This document shows positions 27,001 through 33,650 of a stretch of DNA of 43,249 nucleotides, piece after piece. A program made the translations under genes and the position numbers. The DNA is from Pseudomonadota bacterium. GTDB lineage: Bacteria > Myxococcota_A > UBA796 > GCA-2862545. How positions within the stretch are numbered: position 1 is the stretch's first letter; each line of letters opens with the position of its first letter. Where the stretch lies: positions 1 to 43,249 of the forward strand of contig JBJONI010000357.1 in the NCBI GenBank assembly GCA_046051915.1, written 5' to 3'. The notes below the pieces were generated by a model, which saw only the letters and a list, made by a program, of their open reading frames with translations, was not told the origin of the DNA and did no database searches.

Positions 27001-29193
27001 GCCCTCGAACGCGGCGACGACGCCATCTCCGCACGCGACGACCTCGGAGACGCAGACCGCGGAGCACCCGTCTCCCGCCACGCGGTTGCCGTCGTCGCAC
27101 GCCTCGCGGGGATCCACGACGCCGTTGCCGCAAATCTCGACCCGGCAGGTCGCGGAGCAGCCGTCGCCCGCGACGGTGTTGCCGTCCTCACACTGCTCGC
27201 CGGGGTCGAGGACGGCGTTGCCGCACGCCTCCACGATGCAACGGCTCGAACACCCATCGCCCGACACGGTGTTGCCGTCGTCGCAGCCCTCGCTCGTCGC
27301 GCGGATGTTGTCGCCACACGTGCCTGCGACCTCGCGCTGGCACGCCGCCGAGCACCCGTCGCCCGAGCGCGTGTTGCCGTCCTCGCAGCCCTCTCCTGGA
27401 TCGACGATCCCGTTCCCGCACGCCTCGACGACGCACAGCGCGTTGCAGCCGTCGCCCGCGAGCAGGTCGCCGTCGTCACAGGCCTCTTGGCCCTCCACGA
27501 CGCCGTTGCCGCAGGTGCTGCCGGAGCCGATCGTCTCGATCGCGCAGGCGAGATCGCAGCCGTCACCGGCGACCAAGTTGCCGTCCTCACACGCCTCGCC
27601 GGGGTCGAGGACGCCGTCGCCGCATCGCTCGTCGGTGCAGAAGGGCGAGCAGCCATCGCCCGCCACCCCGTTGGCGTCGTCACAGTCCTCGCCCGCCGCG
27701 ACCAAGCCGTCGCCGCAGAATCGGTACACCTCGCTCATGCACGCTGCATCGCACCCGTCGCCGTCCAGCTCGTTGCCGTCCTCGCACTGCTCCCCAGGAT
27801 CCACCGTCCCGTTGCCGCAACCTTCCTCGAAGCAGGTCGGCGAACAGCCGTCGCCAGCATCGTTGTTGCCGTCGTCGCAAGCCTCCCAGTACGAGCGCAG
27901 GCCATCCCCGCACGCCTGCAGAAGCTCGATGTCACACTGGACGGAGCACCCGTCGCCTGCGACCAAGTTGCCATCCTCGCACTGCTCGCCGGGATCGAGG
28001 ATCCCGTTGCCGCAGTCCTCAAAGCGACACGCGGCGGAGCACCCGTCACCCGCCAGCAGGTTCCCGTCGTCGCAGGCCTCGCCGGCGTCGAACTGGCCGT
28101 CGCCACACGCAGGCGGCACCTCGATCTGACAGAGGGCCGAGCAGCCGTCGCCGTCCGTGCGGTTGCCGTCCTCGCAGCCCTCCAAGGGGTCCAGCGCGCC
28201 GTTGCCGCAGATCTCGAAGGCACAGCGCCCCGAGCACCCGTCACCGCGCGCCGTGTTGCCATCGTCACACTGTTCACCGGCGTCCACGATGGCATCCCCA
28301 CACAGACCGCCGACCTCGAACTGACAGCTCGCGGAGCAGCCGTCGCCGTCCACCTGATTGCCGTCCTCGCAGTCCTCACCGGGCTCCAGCACGCCGTTGC
28401 CGCACCCTTCGAGCAGGCACAGAGGGGAGCAACCGTCACCCGCGACGAGGTTGCCGTCATCGCACTGTTCTCCTGCGTCGCGGATGTCATCGCCACAGGA
28501 GGGGTCGATCTCGAGCAAACAACCCGCCGAGCAGCCGTCTCCGGACGCCGCGTTGCCGTCCTCGCACTGCTCTCCCGGGTCGAGGATCCCGTCCCCACAG
28601 GCCTCGGCCGTGCAGTAGGGCGAGCACCCATCGCCCGCCGACAGATCGCCATCATCGCACGCCTCGCCCGCGTCGAGGGTCCCGTCGCCACACGCCGGCC
28701 CCACGCCACCGCCGCCACCGGTGACGACCTCGATCGCGCAGTCGCTGTCGCACCCATCGCCGGCGGTCGTGTTGCCGTCCTCGCAGCCCTCGCCGGGATC
28801 GAGCATCCCATTGCCGCAGCCCTCTTCGACGCACAGCGGCGAACAGCCATCGCCCGCGACCAAATTGCCGTCATCGCAGGCTTCTCGGCCGTTCACGACG
28901 CCATCGCCGCACGAGATCGCCGCCGCGACCTCAAACGCGCAGCCGCCGTCGCAGCCATCCTCGGGCACCGAGTTGCCATCCTCGCACTGCTCACCGGGGT
29001 CGAGGATGCCGTTGCCGCAATACTCCTCGGACGTGCACGTCGCGTTGCATCCGTCGCGGCTGACGTTGTTGGCGTCGTCACAGACCTCACCAACGTCGAG
29101 GGCACCGTTCCCGCACAGCGACCCGGTCGGCACCGTCCCGCAAGCGGCGACCGCAAGCCAGATCCCCAAACCCACGACGTGTTGTGGCCGCAT
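24061..29193 (-). CDS. Giant lipoprotein (1710 aa): 29 myxococcal Cys-rich repeats followed by about 14 FG-GAP/VCBS repeats
   Basis: The lipobox is MRPQHVVGLGIWLAVAACG. Residues 27-974 form 29 units of CG(N/D)GxxDxGExC(D/E)DGNxxxGDGCSxxC. Residues 975-1710 carry repeated (A/G)D(L/V)(D/N/T)xDGxxD(L/V/I)(V/I)... FG-GAP calcium-loop motifs. Third-codon positions are GC-rich throughout. Confidence 0.9.
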   Translation of the reverse strand: MRPQHVVGLGIWLAVAACGTVPTGSLCGNGALDVGEVCDDANNVSRDGCNATCTSEEYCGNGILDPGEQCEDGNSVPEDGCDGGCAFEVAAAISCGDGVVNGREACDDGNLVAGDGCSPLCVEEGCGNGMLDPGEGCEDGNTTAGDGCDSDCAIEVVTGGGGGVGPACGDGTLDAGEACDDGDLSAGDGCSPYCTAEACGDGILDPGEQCEDGNAASGDGCSAGCLLEIDPSCGDDIRDAGEQCDDGNLVAGDGCSPLCLLEGCGNGVLEPGEDCEDGNQVDGDGCSASCQFEVGGLCGDAIVDAGEQCDDGNTARGDGCSGRCAFEICGNGALDPLEGCEDGNRTDGDGCSALCQIEVPPACGDGQFDAGEACDDGNLLAGDGCSAACRFEDCGNGILDPGEQCEDGNLVAGDGCSVQCDIELLQACGDGLRSYWEACDDGNNDAGDGCSPTCFEEGCGNGTVDPGEQCEDGNELDGDGCDAACMSEVYRFCGDGLVAAGEDCDDANGVAGDGCSPFCTDERCGDGVLDPGEACEDGNLVAGDGCDLACAIETIGSGSTCGNGVVEGQEACDDGDLLAGDGCNALCVVEACGNGIVDPGEGCEDGNTRSGDGCSAACQREVAGTCGDNIRATSEGCDDGNTVSGDGCSSRCIVEACGNAVLDPGEQCEDGNTVAGDGCSATCRVEICGNGVVDPREACDDGNRVAGDGCSAVCVSEVVACGDGVVAAFEGCDDGNRVAGDGCSASCLRESCGNGVLDAGEGCDDGNLSNADACPATCRPAACGDGYVRTGVETCDDRNLVGGDGCSAICQTESCGNGRLDVGEGCDDGNAVSTDNCRACQAARCGDGVVWAGQELCDDGNTVSGDGCDATCDSDEACGNAVVDPGEVCDDGDLDATDACTSLCRYAACGDGFVHRGYEGCDDGNLLDGDGCSSSCVPVGCGNGVVEVGELCDAGGFNGLQGSNCFAGCIPTPLTFQRLTDLDLDATNAVGVSPRYLRVADLNGDFAPDVITASEAYGDVTTAINRGDGRLIGHNFRAVADGTYDIELADLNRDGRPDLIATGYNVDQITVSLGNGTFFAANTTYTAGDGPLDIAVGEMTGDQNLDVAVLNAIANTVQVFRGSATGALTSISTTATLGTTAEGLALGDVTGDGLLDVVVANAGSDNVSVMQGFGNGTFGTAQTYTTRVGAFGDDPRDIDLADVTLDGKLDLIVTCSTSQDFVVLVGQAGGTFGAPIPVSTAVGGNGLSPQNAEVADLDADGEPDVVVATASSNDLMVFFGIAGGAAFESPVRLVLATATSDAGTTPQALTLVDLDSDGDRDIAVANRGTDDVAVLFNDGAGNFTVQGWYAGSNGLTGSSTYDVAAADLDADGLVDLVSAEMVSDYVNVHYQLLTGVWGVVQGIDINYTLKSIDMATLDVGPADDWIVVDFTNDYAWLGTKRTAGDYSAGSAYDFGSSYGDDPYFATAGDIDRDGYTDILAATGDYSYSWMYASGPSSPGTLTGSTYGFYLGYLPDQVKLANVVGDVDLDLLAARASSNLVEVRIGDAVRSTSAIGSTVTNLTTSTSSTAGRSPVWIEATDLTRDGFVDIITANQTSGDVSLFEAIAPGTFAAVQIVPMTTGGGTYTTRQVAYGDFNDDGILDLAAVHEGQDTVGVALGFGDGQFSAPQVLNVGDGPTTLGVSDLDGDGRDDLVVGNNLASTLTVYLSLGL
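26272..29115. repeat. Coding array of 29 degenerate ~100-bp Cys-rich repeat units (two-unit super-period)
   Basis: See the giant lipoprotein above. In units 1-20, CDDGN-type and DPGE(Q/G)CEDGN-type units alternate. Confidence 0.85.
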
Positions 29194-29207
29194 CGAACCC
29201 CCAAAGC

Positions 29208-29232
29208 CCTGCGAGGGTACCCGAGTCGCAGG
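29208..29232. promoter_or_regulatory. Inverted repeat in a divergent intergenic region (candidate operator or 5'-UTR hairpin)
   Basis: The arms are cctgcga (29208-29214) and tcgcagg (29226-29232), flanking the internal palindrome gggtaccc. The repeat lies 15 nt upstream of the giant-gene ATG (29193) and 65 nt upstream of the trpF ATG. Confidence 0.3.
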
Positions 29233-29296
29233 CGGTCGTCGACGGGTCGCCGAGGAAGCCTCGATCCGCTACGGGGGACGCCCGACCGGAGCCCCG

Positions 29297-29953
29297 ATGC
29301 GACCCCGCGTAAAGATCTGCTGCATCCTCGACGAGGACGAGGCCGCGCTGGCCATCCGCGCAGGCGCCGACTGCGTGGGACTCGTTGGACCTGGGCTTTC
29401 GGGGCCGGAAGTTCGCGACGAGGTGACCATCGCTCGGATCGCACGGACACTCCCGCCACCGGTCGGCGGCGTGCTGCTCACGCGCGAGACGGCGCCCGAT
29501 GCCCTCGTGGCGCAGGTTCGCCGATGCGCGGCCCCCTGGGTCCAGATCTGCGACGAGGTGTCCCCGGACGCGTGGTCCGCCTTGCGCGCCAACACGCCGA
29601 ACGTCCGCATTCTGCAGGTGGTCCATGTCGACGGCCCGGAAGCGATCACGCGCGCGGCGCAGACCGCCCCCTTCGTCGACGCGATCCTTCTCGACTCGGG
29701 GACACCGAGCGGCCCCAACCCCGTGTACGGGGGCACCGGCCGCACCCACGACTGGTCGATCAGCCGAGACATCGTCAGGACCTGCGGTCGCCCTGTGTTT
29801 CTGGCCGGCGGCCTCCGACCGGAGAACGTGGCCGACGCTTGGGCGACCGTTCGACCCTTCGGGCTCGACCTGTGCAGTGGCGTGCGTGTGGCAGGTCGGC
29901 TCGACGCGGCCCGGCTCCGCGACTTCTTCGACGCGGTGTCACGCCTCACCTGA
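29297..29953 (+). CDS. trpF: Phosphoribosylanthranilate isomerase
   Basis: The sequence MRPRVKICCILDEDEAALAIRAGADCVGLV......V.ICDE....LDSG......YGGTGRTHDWSI........PVFLAGGLRPENVADA.....PFGLDLCSGVR fits the PRAI pattern (KICG, GGTG..fDW, LAGGL.peNV, GvDvsSGVE). Confidence 0.85.
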   Translation: MRPRVKICCILDEDEAALAIRAGADCVGLVGPGLSGPEVRDEVTIARIARTLPPPVGGVLLTRETAPDALVAQVRRCAAPWVQICDEVSPDAWSALRANTPNVRILQVVHVDGPEAITRAAQTAPFVDAILLDSGTPSGPNPVYGGTGRTHDWSISRDIVRTCGRPVFLAGGLRPENVADAWATVRPFGLDLCSGVRVAGRLDAARLRDFFDAVSRLT

Positions 29954-30012
29954 CCCATGCCAAGCGCCGCCGCCGCAGGATATGCCGCCACCCTTGTTCG
30001 AGGATGCCACGC

Positions 30013-31194
30013 ATGACCGAGACGATGTGGGCGTTGACCTTCGACCGGCGCCGCGAATCGTGGGCGTGCAGCACGGGCATGGTCAAGGAGCGCATCCCGC
30101 GCCCGACGCTCGACGAGTCGCAGGACCCGCTCGACGCGAGCCGGGTGTTGGTCAAGGTCCACTACGCAGGCTTCTGCGGCTCCGACCGGGGCATCTGGTG
30201 GCGCAAGGCCTTCGGGGACATGGTGGACGCCTCGCTCAACGAGGACGGCGCCGAGCGTCGGGTGTTCGGGCATGAGCTCCTCGGCGAGATCGTCGCCGTG
30301 GGGAGCCGTGTGCACGCGAAGTACGGCTACGCCGCCGGCGACGTGGTGAGCACCGAGTCGCACATCGTCTGCGGCGCCTGCGTCCCGTGTCGGCTCGGCC
30401 AAGCCCACGTCTGCGAACGCGACCGCATCATCGGCATCAGCACCGACGGCTGCTTCGCCGAGTACGTCAAGTTGCCGGCGAAGGCCCTGTGGCGGACCGA
30501 CGTGACGAAGATCCGGCCGGAGGTCGCAGCCGTTCAGGAGCCGTTCGGCAACGCGGTCCACGCTTGCCAAGTCGCCGACCTCCGAGGCCGCAGCGTCGCG
30601 GTCCTCGGCACGGGCACGATCGGCCTGTTCGCCATCCTGATCGCCCGCGGGATGGGCGCCCGTCAGGTGATCGGCGTCGACCCTGACCCCCACCACCGCG
30701 CCCTCGCCGCCAAGCTCGGATGCGATGTCGTCCTCGCGCCGGCGCCACCCAACCCTGAGGCGCCCCACCGTTCCGACCCGGCGCTACGCGAGGCGATCTT
30801 GGCGGCGACCGATGGCCACGGCGTCGACGTGGCGATGGAGATGGCAGGGCATCCCTCGAGCACGAACAACGCGTTGAAGATCGTGCGAAGGGGCGGCGAC
30901 GTCGTCCTGTTCGGGGTCCAGAACGGCGACCTCGTGCTCGAGGACGCCCACCGCGTGATCATGAATGGCCTGAACCTTCATGGCGTCGTCGGCCGACGCA
31001 TCTTCGACACCTGGCACAAGGTCCGAGGCCTGTTGGAAGCACGCGACAACGGCATCCAGGACGCGGTGTGGGACGTCATCCTCAACGGCGGCGACGATAC
31101 GGTCATCGACATCGAGGCATGGTCCCGCGAAACCTTCGAGGCGCAGATCAAGCGCCATCCCAAGGTCGTCCTCCGCTTCTCCGCGCCGGCGTAG
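30013..31194 (+). CDS. tdh: Zinc-dependent MDR dehydrogenase, L-threonine 3-dehydrogenase-like
   Basis: The sequence GFCGSDRGIW...GHELLGEIVAVGSRV...GDVVSTESHIVCGACVPCRLGQAHVCE...DGCFAEYVKLPA...QEPFGNAVH...VLGTGTIGL...GRRIFDTWHKV resembles E. coli Tdh (GHExxGEVV, CGxCxxCRxGxxHLC, DPFGNAVH, GRxMFETWYK). It is the real C-terminal part of the artefactual ORF 25027..31194. The alternative start is ATG 30004. Confidence 0.8.
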   Translation: MTETMWALTFDRRRESWACSTGMVKERIPRPTLDESQDPLDASRVLVKVHYAGFCGSDRGIWWRKAFGDMVDASLNEDGAERRVFGHELLGEIVAVGSRVHAKYGYAAGDVVSTESHIVCGACVPCRLGQAHVCERDRIIGISTDGCFAEYVKLPAKALWRTDVTKIRPEVAAVQEPFGNAVHACQVADLRGRSVAVLGTGTIGLFAILIARGMGARQVIGVDPDPHHRALAAKLGCDVVLAPAPPNPEAPHRSDPALREAILAATDGHGVDVAMEMAGHPSSTNNALKIVRRGGDVVLFGVQNGDLVLEDAHRVIMNGLNLHGVVGRRIFDTWHKVRGLLEARDNGIQDAVWDVILNGGDDTVIDIEAWSRETFEAQIKRHPKVVLRFSAPA

Positions 31195-31208
31195 CGACGC
31201 CGCGAGGC

Positions 31209-31619
31209 TCACCCGACGCGCGCCTCGCCCTCGCCCTTTCCGATCGCCTTGCGCGCGGAGGCGATCGCGTCGGTCGCGTAGTGGGCCTCAACGGTCAGCG
31301 TCACGGTGACCGTCATCGGGGCTGCGGGCCGATCGGCATCGAACGCCGCCGTGAGGTCGGCGTCGACCGCCGCCTGCACCTTGCCGAGCGCCATTCCCGA
31401 CGACGGGATGCCAAAGACCTTGCGGGGCAGGATCTCGCCTTCCTCCAACCGCGTCCCAAGCAACGCGATGCCGGCGACGTCACCGACCTCGTAGACGTTG
31501 GTCAGGTTGGCCACGATCTGGAGTTGTCCTTGGGCGGGGCTCTCGAGCTGGTAGATGAACAGCTTGTCCGTCTGGGGGTGAGCCGCCTTCTCGATCACTT
31601 TCATCGCCACGACCGGCAT
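31209..31619 (-). CDS. tRNA-binding (OB-fold, CsaA/EMAP-II-like) domain protein with a C-terminal extension
   Basis: MPVVAMKVIEKAAHPQTDKLFIYQLESPAQGQLQIVANLTNVYEVGDVAGIALLGTRLEEGEILPRKVFGIPSSGMAL fits the tRNA_bind pattern (V..v.kHP.AdKL....vd.G....qIV.ga.N...G..v..a..Ga.l..g..i....i.G..S.GML). Confidence 0.7.
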   Translation of the reverse strand: MPVVAMKVIEKAAHPQTDKLFIYQLESPAQGQLQIVANLTNVYEVGDVAGIALLGTRLEEGEILPRKVFGIPSSGMALGKVQAAVDADLTAAFDADRPAAPMTVTVTLTVEAHYATDAIASARKAIGKGEGEARVG

Positions 31620-31663
31620 CGACACTCCAAGGGTTGCGCGCAACGGCTAACGGGTGGCTTCCC

Positions 31664-32638
31664 TCAGGGCATCACGACGCGCCCGAGGACGTCGGGACAG
31701 ACGACGAACGGGTTCGCGTTGCCCTGGCGTGTCTTGATCTTCAAGCTGCGGGCCACGTCGGCCTCTGTCGGGGGATCCGCGTCGTGCCAAGCGACATACA
31801 GCGCCTCGTCCTCGGGCAAGACGTCCATCGCGTACCGCAACTGCATGTACAGCAGGGCACGGGCCACGTCGCCCTTGTGGTCGTCGCGAGGCTCAAAAGC
31901 GAGGTTGCCAAGCGCGTCGCGCCCGTGTCGGCTCCCCCCCTCCTGCCAGTCGATCCCGCTGGTCACCGGTCGGAGGGGATCGGACCCGCGACGCGAGTTC
32001 GCCTCCGCCATCGTGGGAAACAGGTGGTGGAGGTCGCAGCGGCGCTGCCCGATCTCGGCCCCCAGCGATTGAGGCCACGTGTGCTCGGTGTTCATCACAT
32101 CGCCCGCCGGCTTGGTGGCCCCCACAGCGACCTTTTGGCCCGTATAGACGCAGCGGACCTCGCCAGCGGCGTCCTTGTCGAGGATCAGGAACATCCAGTC
32201 CGTGGTGTCGGAGTAGTCGCACGACCCGTTGGTCGCGACCGCCGTCGCGAGCCGGCTCCAGAGGTCCGCACCATCGACGGCGTCCCGGACCGCGTCGTAG
32301 TAGCCAGCGTCGCTGCACGGCTTGCAGGCCGGATCGCCCTCGACGATCGCCTCGGCGTCGGGCACCGCCCGGTCGCAGTCGTTGTCGCGCCCATCGCAAC
32401 GCTCGGGTGCCCCCGGGTAGCTGAACGCGTCGTCGTCGTCGCAGTCGACGTCAGAAGCCGCGCCATCCGCGTCCGCGTCGGTCGCCGATGGCGTCTCTCC
32501 CGGCGTGTCGGATGCGGTCTCCGTGGAGGACGTCTCCTCCGCCGTCTCGGACGCACCGGTGTCCTTGCCGGGACCACCCGCGCCTGAGCAAGCCCACACC
32601 GTTGCCGCCACGACTGCCCAAGGACGCCACGCCCGCAT
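31664..32638 (-). CDS. Endonuclease I-family extracellular nuclease lipoprotein with a MopE-like Cys/Asp metal-binding motif
   Basis: The lipobox is MRAWRPWAVVAATVWACSG (GGAGG lies 5 nt upstream). An acidic Thr/Ser/Glu linker follows, then DCDDDDAFSYPGAPERCDGRDNDCD (MopE-type motif). The nuclease core reads VYTG......MNTEHTWPQS......DLHHLFPTMAEANSRRGSDP....FEPRDDHKGDVARALLYM, matching the Endonuclease_1 signature. Confidence 0.8.
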   Translation of the reverse strand: MRAWRPWAVVAATVWACSGAGGPGKDTGASETAEETSSTETASDTPGETPSATDADADGAASDVDCDDDDAFSYPGAPERCDGRDNDCDRAVPDAEAIVEGDPACKPCSDAGYYDAVRDAVDGADLWSRLATAVATNGSCDYSDTTDWMFLILDKDAAGEVRCVYTGQKVAVGATKPAGDVMNTEHTWPQSLGAEIGQRRCDLHHLFPTMAEANSRRGSDPLRPVTSGIDWQEGGSRHGRDALGNLAFEPRDDHKGDVARALLYMQLRYAMDVLPEDEALYVAWHDADPPTEADVARSLKIKTRQGNANPFVVCPDVLGRVVMP

Positions 32639-32685
32639 CGGACCTCCGAGGGCCATGCTCTAGCCGATGCAAGGGCCTGAGGCCC

Positions 32686-33648
32686 TCACGCGGGGCGACC
32701 GCACACGGCGCAGCCCGCCGCCGTGGCCACCGCCTCGCGCGCCGCCAAGCATCCTCGGTGAAAGACGCGTCCGCAGGCCTGCCGGCAGGCGGCCGCGACG
32801 TCGTCCGCCACGTCTCGGCCACAGATCCCACACGTCCCCCGCTCGGCGGCCACCTGTTCGGCGTCGGCAGAAGCGACGGGGAGGCCTTGATCGGGGGCCG
32901 CGACCGGGCCGAGCCACACGAGCCGGCCGAGCCAACCCGACGTGCTCGCCCCCAGCACGGTCAACGCGGCGAACCGCCAAGGCGCGACCGGGACCGGCGT
33001 CGGCAGGCCGAACGCGTCCGCCGCCGCCGTGTCCCCCGCGAGCCAACCACCGAGCACCCCCAACGTCAGCGGCGCGCTCGCGGCGACGAGCGTGGCACCC
33101 AAGGCGATCCAGCCCGGGGCGCGGCTCGGGTGCCCATCGGCCAACACCCCCGCGAGTCGCGTGGCGGTCCAAGCCGCGCCAAACCCGCCGCACCAGGCAA
33201 CGGCCGCCGTAGGCTCCACGCTCACGGCGAACGCCCACAGCACGGCCCAGCCCGCCCAGCGCAAGCTTGCATCCACGAGGTCCCGCCCGCGGTAGGGCGT
33301 TCGGTCTGGCCAGACCACACCGGGGGGCCGCTCCACCACAGGATCCCCACGCCGCGGTTCCGGCAGCAGGTAGACGAGCTCGTAAGGGACGATCCCGAGG
33401 TCCTCGAGCCGCTCCCCAGGCGCAAGATCGCGGCCCCGTGCGCGTAGGGTGAACCGCCGACGGGAGCCGTCCTCCCACCAGCCGCCAAGTCCCACGTCAC
33501 GCGCCATGCGGGCCGTGAGGTCCTCGGCGCCGAGGTAGGTCGGCACCACGAGGTCGACCAAGCGCGGCTGCCGGTCGATGACTTGCACGCGCAGCGGCAC
33601 GGTGCCGGCCGCGCCGGGCAGGTCGTTCCCGGGTACCCCCGAAACCAA
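32686..33648 (-). CDS. Membrane protein: N-terminal ubiquitin-like (YukD/EccD-N-like) domain, about 4 TM helices, C-terminal C4HC3 zinc finger
   Basis: The N-terminal sequence VPLRVQVIDRQPRLVDLVVPTYLGAEDLTARMARDVGL......FTLRARGRDLAPGERLEDLGIVPYELVYLLP follows a beta-grasp pattern. Four hydrophobic segments follow. The C-terminus reads CGICGRDVADDVAAACRQACGRVFHRGCLAAREAVATAAGCAVCG. The start is uncertain: TTG 33648 sits 3 nt after the upstream stop, and GTG 33600 is the alternative. Confidence 0.6.
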   Translation of the reverse strand: MVSGVPGNDLPGAAGTVPLRVQVIDRQPRLVDLVVPTYLGAEDLTARMARDVGLGGWWEDGSRRRFTLRARGRDLAPGERLEDLGIVPYELVYLLPEPRRGDPVVERPPGVVWPDRTPYRGRDLVDASLRWAGWAVLWAFAVSVEPTAAVAWCGGFGAAWTATRLAGVLADGHPSRAPGWIALGATLVAASAPLTLGVLGGWLAGDTAAADAFGLPTPVPVAPWRFAALTVLGASTSGWLGRLVWLGPVAAPDQGLPVASADAEQVAAERGTCGICGRDVADDVAAACRQACGRVFHRGCLAAREAVATAAGCAVCGRPA

Positions 33649-33650
33649 GG

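Noticed and set aside
25027-31194. A 2055-aa plus-strand ORF, the longest in the track
   Set aside because: Its first ~1660 codons are antisense to the 1710-aa Cys-repeat/FG-GAP gene and translate to Arg/Ala/Val/Asp-rich low-information sequence. At this GC content the stop-free frame is expected. Only the last 393 aa (30013-31194, Tdh-like) form a real gene that happens to be in the same frame. trpF (29297-29953) also lies inside the span, in another frame.
23141-32638. The Dnmt2-like methyltransferase plus the endonuclease I gene as a restriction-modification pair
   Set aside because: The genes are ~7.6 kb apart and separated by unrelated genes on both strands. The nuclease is a secreted non-specific Endonuclease_1-type lipoprotein. 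The methyltransferase has Dnmt2 (tRNA) signatures rather than those of an RM enzyme.
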